Assembly (NCBI GenBank): GCA_021740385.1
Contig: JAIOZY010000020.1
Span: 4,493 to 68,492, forward strand
DNA length: 64,000 nucleotides
Source: Prolixibacteraceae bacterium
GTDB taxonomy: Bacteria > Bacteroidota > Bacteroidia > Bacteroidales > Prolixibacteraceae
Direction: 5' to 3'
Below, one piece after another: positions 1 through 9,300 of this stretch. The position numbers were made by a program, and so were the translations under genes. The notes beneath the pieces were generated by a model that did not search any database, was not told where the DNA came from, and saw only the letters and a list, made by a program, of their open reading frames with translations. Position 1 is the stretch's first letter; each line of letters begins with the position of its first letter.

Positions 1-1
1 T

Positions 2-313
2 ACCTCGCTCACTTTTCCTGAAATGATAAAGGGTGTTGCAGAGAGGTTAAAACCTTCCGGGTATTTTAGCCTGGTATTGCCTGCCGGAGAAGAAACCGAT
101 TTTATTGCAATAGCAGCCAACACCGGGCTTATACTAAATAGAATAACCCGTGTTATTCCCCGGCCGGGGCTTTTTCCTGTACGGGTTTTAATGGAATTTG
201 GTTTTGAAGAAACGGATGTGAAAGCGGATGAACTGGTACTTGAAACCGGCAACCGGCATGAGTATACGCCGGAAGCCGTTAAGTTATTAAAAGATTTTTA
301 TTTGAAGCTTTAA
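2..313 (+). CDS. C-terminal part of a SAM-dependent methyltransferase (tRNA m6A37 / TrmN6-YfiC-like); 5' end is outside the window
   Basis: The frame is open from the window edge (frame of ORF 23..313). The tail ...NRHEYTPEAVKLLKDFYLKL resembles Bacteroidota YfiC/TrmN6-type enzymes, recognised from memory only. Confidence 0.45.
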   Translation, partial: TSLTFPEMIKGVAERLKPSGYFSLVLPAGEETDFIAIAANTGLILNRITRVIPRPGLFPVRVLMEFGFEETDVKADELVLETGNRHEYTPEAVKLLKDFYLKL

Positions 314-321
314 AAAAGAAA

Positions 322-343
322 CCTGCCCCCTGAGGAGGGCAGG
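322..343. terminator. GC-rich hairpin between convergent genes
   Basis: CCTGCCC cctgagga GGGCAGG: 7-bp GC stem directly after the + strand stop and downstream of the - strand GH31 stop. Confidence 0.5.
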
Positions 344-423
344 ATCTAAAATAAACCTACTCGTTTATTAACCAAAACATGTATCTTATCTCTCCAGCCT
401 CACACAAATTATCCTGTGCAGTA

Positions 424-3240
424 TTATAATTTTATTGTTTGTTCTTCGCCGTTATATGTTACAACCTTATCGGATGCTGAAGAAATGCCAAGGCCGTTTC
501 CTTTGTTTTCGTCAACCAATACGACTTTGATTGTACGTGTTTTCAGCATACCCGGAAATTCGCCTTTGCGTTTGCCAATGGTGAGGGCTTTTACAGCATC
601 ATTCCAGGTAAATTCAATGGTTGCGTACAACCCTTTTTCGTAGTTGTAGTTGTCGTTTTCGTCTTCGTACAGTACGAACTGTCCGTTGGCTCCCGGGTAT
701 ACGCGCAGTTCAAGCGGGTCGGCCGGTTTTTCTGTGGCGTATTGCACAAATGGCCCCACAGGTACTATCGATCCGGCCTTAACCAAAACGGGCATCATGT
801 CTTTCGGTGTATCAAACATGATGGTTTGCCCGGCATCGAATTTTTTACCGGTCCAGAAATCGTACCACCCTTCGCACTCGGGCAGGTACACATCGCGGGT
901 CATTTCCACTTCAGCCTTTTCTTCTTCGGTTGCAAACATTTCGGGGGTTTTCCAGAAAAGTTTCATGCGGGCCGCACCGGTCTGGTTGTTTTCGGTTTCA
1001 ACAACAACATCGTATTCCTTGCCGGCTTCAAGGTTGATAAAATCGGTGTATTGTTCGGTACTGGTATACACAATGGGCAGGGTTTCGCCATCAATCTTAA
1101 TGCGCTTGCTGTCGAAACATTTAAAGTGGAACTGGTGCTTGCCGGATTGTAGCGGTATCAGTTTGCCTTCCCAGCGGATTGAATACATCGAGTCGGTCAC
1201 ATAATCGGGACGCCCGCCGTACCAGTTAATGTTAATGTTGGCATCGATCTGTTCTTTGCTCAGGTTTTTGTATGCTTTGTCTTTATAGTAACGGGCCAGC
1301 AGTCCGGGTTTACCGTCGTTGGTTTTGAAGCAGGCAGCCGGTACCAGCTCACTGGCCAACGGGGGTTGGTGGTACATAAATTCTGTTACAGGGCAGGCCA
1401 TAAGCGAGGGGCCAAACATAAACTGGTCGTCAATGTTATAGGTTTTCTTGTCGGCCGTGAAATCCATGGGTAACCCGCGCATGATGGTGTAATCTTCGCT
1501 GGTAACTTTCCAGGCCAGTGAATAAATGTAAGGCAACAGGCGGTAGCGCAGGTTGTCGAACTTGATGAGCGACTCGGTAAACTCGCCCATTTCCCATATT
1601 TCGCGTGGTGTTTCCGATCCGTGCGACCGGAATATCGGGGTAAAAGCACCCAGCTGGAACATGCGGCAGTAAAGTTCCTGGTAAGCAGGATCCTTGCCGC
1701 CTTCCATAAACACGCCGTCGTAGGCGCCCAGCACAAAAGCGCCAATGTCGAAAGTCCAGTACGGAATGCCCGACATGCTGTGGTTTAGCCCGGCCGAAAT
1801 CTGGTTACGGTAAACTTCCCAGTTGGCGCCAATATCGCCGCTCCAGGTTGTGGCGGCATTACGTTGTTGGCCGGCATAGCACGAACGGGTAAGGATGTAA
1901 GCCCTGCGGTCGGAGGTTTCTTCCCGCCAGAATTTGTGCAGGTGGTCGGTCATAACCAATGAAAAGGCGTTGAGGTAACGGGCGCACGAACCCAGGTGGT
2001 TACTGCCCATTTTTTTCATTTCGTATTCGGTAGCCTCTTTGGTGAGGGCATTGATCACGTCGGGCTCGGTCGAGTCGATCCACCAGCCGTCGAGCCCTTT
2101 CGAGTAAATCCCGTCGCGCAGGTATTTCCAGTACAGTTTGTTAGCCTCGGGAATAAACGCATCGTAATATTTAAATCCAGCCCAGCCAATGGGTTCGTAC
2201 AAAAAGCCGTGTTTTTCCATGTCGGCATAAATTTTTGTATTGGGTCCAAGCGCCGGCCATATCGATATGATGGCATGGTAATTCATGTCGTGCAGCTCGT
2301 CCATCATCTTTTTAGGTTCGGGAAACAGGGTTTTATCGAAAAACATGCCGCTCCAGTTTTCCGGGCCGTTCCAGTAGTCCCAGTCCTGTATCATGTTATC
2401 GATTGGGATTTTGAGCTTCCGGTATTTGCGTGCAACGCTCATGATCTCTTCCTGGGTGTCGTAGTGTTCTTTGCTTTGCCAGTATCCAAAGGCATACTTG
2501 CCGTACATCGGGGCAGTACCGGTAAGGTACCGGTACCCCGATATCACGTTGTCCATATTTGAGCCGCTTACAAAATAGTAGTCGATGTTGTCGCCCATGT
2601 CGGACCAGAGTGAGGCTCCGGTCAAATCGTCATGGAAAATTGTTTTTGAATAGTTGTCCCACAAAATGCCATAGTTTTGAGTTGAAACCAGGAAGGGGTT
2701 CACTGCATCGGTGTTCGATTGCACGAGCACAACTTCTTTATCGCGGTAGTTGAAATAACCGTACTGGTGCTGACCCAGGCCGTAAATTCCTTCGTCGGGC
2801 ATGAGTTCAAAATCCTGCTGAACCGTAAAGCCTGAATCACCGTCGTAAACCACCGGCTGGAACATAGCCTTGCCAATTTCTTTTAAAATGGTTGATTCTT
2901 CCGGGTCGAGGTAATCAATGTTCCCGGTTTTTTTATTGATTTTTACGGTTAGCGTTTCCGATTTCATTACAACTTCTTCAGGTCTTTCTTCAACGGAAAT
3001 ATCGAGTACCGGAATGGAATTCTGTATTACTGATAGTGATTTTTTTTCGTCAGTCCCGTTTGGTGTCCATTTCAGTACCCTTACAATGTCATCGGTGTAA
3101 AACTGGGCTTTCACGTATAGGTTGTCAAATTCGAGAACCACCCCGTTTTGAACCGGGTTTACACTGGCTGGTTTTTTCATGCAACCGTTAACTGTTGCCA
3201 ATAGCAGCAAAGCAGCTAATCCTTTTTGAAAATGTTTCAT
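424..3240 (-). CDS. GH31 family glycoside hydrolase (alpha-glucosidase/alpha-xylosidase type) with a PA14 domain after the catalytic barrel; lipoprotein-type signal peptide
   Basis: GH31 motifs: WQSKEHY..IPIDNMIQDWDYW, GWWIDSTEPD, TWSGDI..SGIPYWTFDIGAF. PA14-like stretch: YYKDKAYKNL...SIRWEGKL..GKHQFHF. Start moved to MKHFQKGLAALLLLATVNGC (3240), because the upstream 19 codons of the ORF run through a palindromic repeat. Confidence 0.85.
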   Translation of the reverse strand: MKHFQKGLAALLLLATVNGCMKKPASVNPVQNGVVLEFDNLYVKAQFYTDDIVRVLKWTPNGTDEKKSLSVIQNSIPVLDISVEERPEEVVMKSETLTVKINKKTGNIDYLDPEESTILKEIGKAMFQPVVYDGDSGFTVQQDFELMPDEGIYGLGQHQYGYFNYRDKEVVLVQSNTDAVNPFLVSTQNYGILWDNYSKTIFHDDLTGASLWSDMGDNIDYYFVSGSNMDNVISGYRYLTGTAPMYGKYAFGYWQSKEHYDTQEEIMSVARKYRKLKIPIDNMIQDWDYWNGPENWSGMFFDKTLFPEPKKMMDELHDMNYHAIISIWPALGPNTKIYADMEKHGFLYEPIGWAGFKYYDAFIPEANKLYWKYLRDGIYSKGLDGWWIDSTEPDVINALTKEATEYEMKKMGSNHLGSCARYLNAFSLVMTDHLHKFWREETSDRRAYILTRSCYAGQQRNAATTWSGDIGANWEVYRNQISAGLNHSMSGIPYWTFDIGAFVLGAYDGVFMEGGKDPAYQELYCRMFQLGAFTPIFRSHGSETPREIWEMGEFTESLIKFDNLRYRLLPYIYSLAWKVTSEDYTIMRGLPMDFTADKKTYNIDDQFMFGPSLMACPVTEFMYHQPPLASELVPAACFKTNDGKPGLLARYYKDKAYKNLSKEQIDANININWYGGRPDYVTDSMYSIRWEGKLIPLQSGKHQFHFKCFDSKRIKIDGETLPIVYTSTEQYTDFINLEAGKEYDVVVETENNQTGAARMKLFWKTPEMFATEEEKAEVEMTRDVYLPECEGWYDFWTGKKFDAGQTIMFDTPKDMMPVLVKAGSIVPVGPFVQYATEKPADPLELRVYPGANGQFVLYEDENDNYNYEKGLYATIEFTWNDAVKALTIGKRKGEFPGMLKTRTIKVVLVDENKGNGLGISSASDKVVTYNGEEQTIKL

Positions 3241-3266
3241 TCGTCTAAATTTAAAGATTTCAAAGG

Positions 3267-3290
3267 TGATCCCGATGTACATCGGGATCA
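3267..3290. repeat. 24-nt perfect palindrome TGATCCCGATGTACATCGGGATCA (class B palindrome)
   Basis: Self-complementary over 24 nt. A 21-nt identical copy lies at 58661-58681, and variants at 43909-43926 and 43850-43868. Confidence 0.9.
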
Positions 3291-3338
3291 TTCTCATATG
3301 TGATTGGCATAATCATGCTCGTTTCATGGTAATATTTT

Positions 3339-6170
3339 TTACTGAATGTTTAATACTTGTTTTTTCCCGTTGTAAATAGTGAACATATCGGGTTTATCGC
3401 TGGGAACAAACGGTCTTGCTTCATCTTTTTTGAACACGTAAATGTCGATTTTGCGTTTTTCGCTCATGCCCATATAATATCCTTTTCGATCGTTCAGGGT
3501 AAGGGTTTTTGTTTCTTCATCGTATTCGAAAACGATTTCAGAAAAATCGCCCTTTTCATAATTGTAATTGATCCCCTCGTCTTCATAAAGCGTAAAAGAT
3601 GCATCGGCGCCGGTGTATACCATCAGTTTCAGGTTCCCGCCTGTTGGTTGCATGGCGTACTGTATTTCCGGTCCCATGGGAATTATTGAACCTTCTTTCA
3701 CGAAAAGGGGAATGCGGTTAAGGGGTGCATCGGCCACAATGGTTTGCCCGCCCCCGAGGTATTTTCCCGATTTAAAGTCGTACCACCCGGTTCCTTCAGG
3801 CAGGTAAACACCGCGTTCGCGTTGTTTGTAGTAACCCACAGGGCATACCATGAGGGCTTTCCCAAACATGAACTGGTCGGCAATGTTTTTCACCTTGTTG
3901 TCGTGGGCAAAATCCATAATCAGCCCGCGCATAATCACGGCATTTTCGTGCCAGGCGGAAGCAGACCATGAATAGATATAGGGCATCAGCCTGTATCTGA
4001 GTTTATCGTAATATACCATCGATTTGTATTCGGTCGAATTTTCGGGGGCGAGGTTATAAATTTCGCGGTAGGGGTATTGGCCGTGTATGCGGAATAACGG
4101 GCAGAAAACACCAAACTGGTACCAGCGTGTGTTAATTTCGCGCCACTCTTTCAGGTCGGCCGGTGTAGGGTTCATGTAGCGGCTTTCGACCGAGAATCCG
4201 CCAATGTCGGTGGTCCAGTATGGAATGCCCGACAGTCCCATGTTGATACCTGCAGCAATCTGGTCGCGAAGGTCGTTCCAGCGGGTAACAATGTCGCCGC
4301 TCCAGGTGGCAGCGCCATATCGTTGTTGCCCGGCAAATGCCGAACGGGTAAGGATAAACACCCGTTTATCAGGCGCTGTTTCCCGTTGTCCTTCATATAC
4401 CCCTTTGGCTTGCAACAACGAGTATGTGTTGAAGTATTCTTCACCCGATCCAAAAAAGTTGGGTGTCATGGTCGATTTTCGTTCTTCAATTGTTACGTTT
4501 GAGTGCATGTCGGGTTCGGTTGCATCGAGCCACCAGGCATCGATGCCTTTGCTGAAAAGTTTTTTGTTGAGGCCTTTCCAGAAAGTTTTCCGGGCCTCGG
4601 GGTTGTAGGCATCGTAAAAGGTGTTGAGGTAGCCGGGCCCTACCCAGTCGAGGTGTCCCAGTTCGATGTTGTTCATAAAGAGCCAGCCGTTTTCCTTAAA
4701 CAGTTCGTAGTTTTCGGTGCCGTTGTAAAATTTTGGCCATACCGATATCATGATGTGGGCGTTCATATCGTGCACATCGTCGATCATTTTTTCCGGATCG
4801 GGCCAGAATTGCGGGTCAAAGTCGTGGTCGCCCCATTTGTCCTCGGGCCAGTATTGCCAGTCGAGAACAATATTGTCGAAAGGAATTTTGCGTTTGCGGT
4901 ATTCTTTAACCACATCGACCAGTTGTTGCTGGTTGCGGTAACGTTCGCGGCTTTGCCACAGCCCCATGGCCCATTTGGGCATGATGGGCGATTTGCCGGT
5001 GAGCTCGCGATAGCCCGAAATTACTTCATCGGCATTGTTGCCTTTTACAAAATAGTAATCGATTTGCTTCCCGGATTCAGAATAGAGTGAGAGTTTATCC
5101 TGTTTGTCGGCGTAACCGGTATCCTGGTATGTTATACCAATATACGATACATTTGCATCGGGTTTCCATTCAATTTTGAGGTGCATTTTTTCGTCTTTTT
5201 TCAGGTCGAGATAAAATTTGTTGTACCAGGGGTTCCAGCACTGGCGCCATTTGTCGAGGATGAGTTCACCGTTGGCCCATACTTTCCAGTATCCGGCCAC
5301 ATAAATTTTGAATTTATGTTTCCCGTTCATTTCGGGTTCAAGATAGCCTTCCCAAACCACTTTGCTTTCCGGGGTCATTTCAAATTCTTCGGGGAAATTG
5401 TCCATGTCGTCGAGGGTGTTGTAAGCAATGGCATTTTCGGTTTTTTGTACAGCAAGGTTGTTGCTGCTGTTGTAGTAACTGGCTGTTAAGCCGCCCGGTT
5501 TCTGATCTTTGTCGTAAAGTTTGAGCGAACCAATTTGCTTGTAATCGCGCGGATCGCCAAAACGCGTTATGGAATAGTTATCCCAAAGGATTCCGTAATT
5601 TTTGCTGGAGTATAAAAAAGGCACTACGGCAACAATGTTATGTTGCATCAGTTCAACATCGAGGCCTTTGTAGTTTACCTCGCCGTTTTGGTGCTGGCCC
5701 AACCCGTAAAATGCCTCATCGGTGGGCGATTCAAAAACCTGCTGAAAAGCCGTCTCGTCGGTCGACTCATCAATTTGTTTACCGTAATAACGGCCGCCCC
5801 CGGTTTCTTCCTGTAATATGATTTTCCCATCGTTGTCGGTGAATTTAATTTCACCGGTTTGGGTATTTACCGTTGCATTTATTTTGGCGGTTGACAGTGT
5901 AACAGCATTTTTATCATTTGTTGTTTCCCAGTGAATATCGTTGGCTGGTTTGAGTGTTGTAACAAGGCTTTCGTTTTCAAAAACGGGTAACCCGGGTTTC
6001 GACACGGTAACCCGTATTATGTCGTCGGCATAAACTTTTAAAGCCATTTTTTCGTTTGTTTGGCTTATGTCAACTATTATCCCATTGTCCGTTTTTTGAA
6101 TTGCCTGGTTGCTGCACGATATTAAGCCGGTTGCTAAAAGCAGTAAAGCAAGGGTTTTTCTTGTTTTCAT
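3339..6170 (-). CDS. GH31 family glycoside hydrolase with a PA14 domain inserted N-terminal to the catalytic barrel; lipoprotein signal
   Basis: Signal MKTRKTLALLLLATGLISC. PA14-like stretch: SYYNSSNNL...VVWEGYLEPEMNGKHKFKIY. GH31 motifs: WQSRERY..IPFDNIVLDWQYW, DAWWLDATEPD, TWSGDI..SGIPYWTTDIGGF. Confidence 0.85.
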   Translation of the reverse strand: MKTRKTLALLLLATGLISCSNQAIQKTDNGIIVDISQTNEKMALKVYADDIIRVTVSKPGLPVFENESLVTTLKPANDIHWETTNDKNAVTLSTAKINATVNTQTGEIKFTDNDGKIILQEETGGGRYYGKQIDESTDETAFQQVFESPTDEAFYGLGQHQNGEVNYKGLDVELMQHNIVAVVPFLYSSKNYGILWDNYSITRFGDPRDYKQIGSLKLYDKDQKPGGLTASYYNSSNNLAVQKTENAIAYNTLDDMDNFPEEFEMTPESKVVWEGYLEPEMNGKHKFKIYVAGYWKVWANGELILDKWRQCWNPWYNKFYLDLKKDEKMHLKIEWKPDANVSYIGITYQDTGYADKQDKLSLYSESGKQIDYYFVKGNNADEVISGYRELTGKSPIMPKWAMGLWQSRERYRNQQQLVDVVKEYRKRKIPFDNIVLDWQYWPEDKWGDHDFDPQFWPDPEKMIDDVHDMNAHIMISVWPKFYNGTENYELFKENGWLFMNNIELGHLDWVGPGYLNTFYDAYNPEARKTFWKGLNKKLFSKGIDAWWLDATEPDMHSNVTIEERKSTMTPNFFGSGEEYFNTYSLLQAKGVYEGQRETAPDKRVFILTRSAFAGQQRYGAATWSGDIVTRWNDLRDQIAAGINMGLSGIPYWTTDIGGFSVESRYMNPTPADLKEWREINTRWYQFGVFCPLFRIHGQYPYREIYNLAPENSTEYKSMVYYDKLRYRLMPYIYSWSASAWHENAVIMRGLIMDFAHDNKVKNIADQFMFGKALMVCPVGYYKQRERGVYLPEGTGWYDFKSGKYLGGGQTIVADAPLNRIPLFVKEGSIIPMGPEIQYAMQPTGGNLKLMVYTGADASFTLYEDEGINYNYEKGDFSEIVFEYDEETKTLTLNDRKGYYMGMSEKRKIDIYVFKKDEARPFVPSDKPDMFTIYNGKKQVLNIQ

Positions 6171-6310
6171 ATTTATTCGTTATTGTGTGAAATTACGGTA
6201 GCGAAAATAGGAATGTTTTTCTTCGGTTAAGTGTATTTATTGTATGCTAAAAGTTGGCAAAATGTCAATACCGGCTTTTCTACCATTTGTTTTGTGTGCG
6301 AGCATATATT

Positions 6311-9300
6311 TTACAACCTGGTATTGTTGTTTTGCGGTGCTTTAAAATATTTTTTCGCATATTGCGATGGGGTCATTTTGTATTCGTTTTTAAAGTGTTT
6401 TGTGAAATACCGGGGGTCGTTAAAACCAACTTTGTAGGCAATTTCCATCACGGTCAACTGGCTTTTTTCGAGTAGTTGGGCAGCCCGTCTGACCCGAAGT
6501 ATGCGGATGAATTCGATGGGGGTTTTGCCGGTAAGGGCTACCAGTTTGTTGTAAAGGTGCGCACGGCTTATACCAAATTCATTGCTTAGTTTTTCAACCG
6601 AAAAATCGGGCTCGTGCATGTTGTTTTCGGTGATGTCCTTGATTTTTTTCAGGAATTTTTCATCCAGTGAGGTAATATTAATTTCAGCGGGTTGCAGGTC
6701 GAAATTTTGCTGGTACAGTTTCCGCAGGGTTTTGCGTTGTTCAACGAGGTTTTTGATTTTTAATTCCAGTATTTCAAAATTGAACGGTTTTGTGATGTAG
6801 TCGTCGGCTCCGGTACCAAGTCCTTCAATTCGGTGTTGGTCGGTGGTACGTGCTGTAAGTAAAATAACGGGTACGTGCGATGTGCGGTTATCGGTTTTAA
6901 TTTTCCGGCAAAGCTCAATGCCATCCATCACGGGCATCATAATATCGCTCACAATCAAATCGGGCATTTCTTTCAGGGTTGTTTCCCATGCTTGCAGTCC
7001 GTTTGATGCTTCCATGATGGTGTAGTTTAACTTCAGATTGTCTTTCAGGTAGAAGCGGATGTCGGGATTGTCTTCCACCAGTAAAAGCTTAAAGTTACCC
7101 GTGCCTGCCGTTGGTTTTGCCCCCGGATGTTTTTCGCTTATCGGTTTTCCGGCCAGTAATTCTTTCGAAGGGCTTACCGTTTCAGTTTCAATGTGTTCCT
7201 TTACGGGTAGTGTTACTTTAAAACAACTTCCTTTGTCCACTTCGCTTTCTACGCTAATGTTGCCGCCGTGTAATTGGACAAATTCACGGGTTAGCGAAAG
7301 GCCAATACCGCTGCCCCTGTTAATTCCGGCATTTTCGGGTGCATTTTGTACAAAGCGTTCAAAAATAATTTCTTTTTTATCGGCAGGAATGCCAATGCCG
7401 GTGTCGCAAACCTGAATAATTACGTTTTGTTTTTCGGGGTCTTTTTTGTCATACAAAATGTTCACGTCAATTGTGCCGTTCCCGGGAGTAAATTTGAAAG
7501 CATTCGATAACAGGTTGAAAAGGATTTTTTCAATTTTGTCGAAGTCGAATGAAGCATTAAGTTCCTTAACATTCGAACTGAAATTTAACTCGATATTTCT
7601 CGATTCCGACAGGTCGGAAAACGAGGTTGTAACTTCGCGGCAAAATCCAATCAATTCATCTTCGCGAAGCACAAGCGATAGGCCCTGTACCTCGAGCCGC
7701 CTGAAGTCGAGCAACTGGTTTACAAGGTTAAGCAACCGCCTGCCGTTGTTTCTTACCCGCTGTAGTTGCTCCTTTGTTGTAACGTCTTTGGTTGTTTTAA
7801 TTATTTTTTCGAGGGGCGAAAGAATCAGGGTTAAGGGGGTGCGGAATTCGTGGCTTATATTGGTGAAAAACTTAATTTTCATCATGTCCATTTCATGCAC
7901 TTTGGCTGTTTCGATCCTTTCTTGTTGTATTAAAAATTTATTTCTTTCACGTTTGATAAAAAGCTGGATGGAGTAAAATATCACAAACAGAATTAAAATC
8001 AGGTAAATGGAGTAGGCCCATTTTGTTTTCCACAACGGGGGAGGAATGTTTATATGGAGCTGAATTTCTTTGCTTCGTACCAAATTGTCGGGGTCTGAGG
8101 CATAAACCCTGAAGGTGTATTCATCGGGGTGAAGGTTGGTGTATGTTGCTTCGCGCGAGGAAGAAGCCACTGTAGTCCACTCGGTGTTGAAACCTTCCAT
8201 TTTGTAGTGATACACTGTTTTTTCGGGAGTAAAATAATTGAGTGCCGCAAAAGAAATTGAAAAAGTTTTTTCGTAGTGTTTAAGGGTAATTTCGTCGACA
8301 TAATTGAGCGAAACCGGTAGCAATACCCGTTTGTTAATTTCTTCGCCCACTTTAACGGGTTTGTTTTGGATGCTCAGGTTGGATAAAACAATGTTGGGGT
8401 TATAAGGCAGTGAGCCCAGTTTTTCGGGCTGGAAAATGCAAAATCCGTCGGCGCCTCCAAAAACCAATTCCCCTTTACTGGTTTTCAGGGCAGCGTGTTC
8501 GTTGAATTCTTTACCATGCAGTCCGTCACGTTCGTCCCACACTTTAACCCTGAACGAGAGCTCATTGCCAATTTCCTCAATAATCAGGTTGCACAAACCC
8601 AAGGGGGTTCCCATCCAAATGTTCCCCTGGTCGTCTTCCAGTACCGTGAGAATGTTATTGTCGGGCAACCCGTCGTTTGTATTGAGTACCGTGAATTTTT
8701 GCGATTTTGGGTTGTACAGGTTAAGCCCGTCGCGTGTAGCAATCCAAACAAGCCCGCGGCTGTCGCAATAAATATCGAGGGTGGTGTTGCTGCTTATGCT
8801 GTTGGGCTCGTTGTTGCTGTAAAAGCGAATAAACCTGCCCGATTCTTTATCAAAAAGGTCGACCCCGTTAGCCGTTGCAAACCAAATGTTTCCGTCAATG
8901 TTTTCATCAATGGCCATGATGTAGTTTGAGTGGACTGAATTGGGCTTTTCGACATTGTAGTGGATGAAACGGTTGTTTTCGCGGTCGAATTTTTCAAGGC
9001 CACTGCCCAGGGTGCCAATCCAAATCTGGTTTTCTGAGTCTTCAAATACCGACCAAATTTCGTTGTCCGATATTGAATTGGGGTTGTTGGGGTCGTTCAG
9101 GTAGCGGGTGAAGTTTTTTCCGTCGAAATAATTTAAACCGCCGAGGTAGGTTCCAATCCAGAGCCCGCCTTCGTGGTCGATGCATAAATCGACAATGACA
9201 TCGTTGCCGAGGCTGTTTGGGTTGTTGGGGTTGTTTTTATATGTTTTAAAGGTGTTGTTTGTGCGGTTGAAATAGATCAGGCCCCCGCCATTGGTTCCAA

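Noticed and set aside
650-2562. Long + strand ORFs (650..1204, 742..1152, 1996..2562) inside the GH31 gene. Similar antisense ORFs lie elsewhere: 4204..5090, 16771..17310, 21341..21910, 32223..32852, 45867..46523, 46841..47521, 50297..51226, 53949..54509.
   Set aside because: They lie entirely opposite or inside genes with strong family signatures and have low-complexity or odd composition. They are the shadow frames expected opposite long genes.
3241-3297. Longer N-terminal extensions offered by the ORF track: GH31 at 3297, SusD at 40542, radical SAM at 24993, and TTG/GTG starts at 10456, 15143, 28899, 33587 and 45486.
   Set aside because: In each case a downstream ATG gives a canonical signal peptide, lipobox or family N-terminus. 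The extension runs through intergenic repeats or overlaps the upstream gene.
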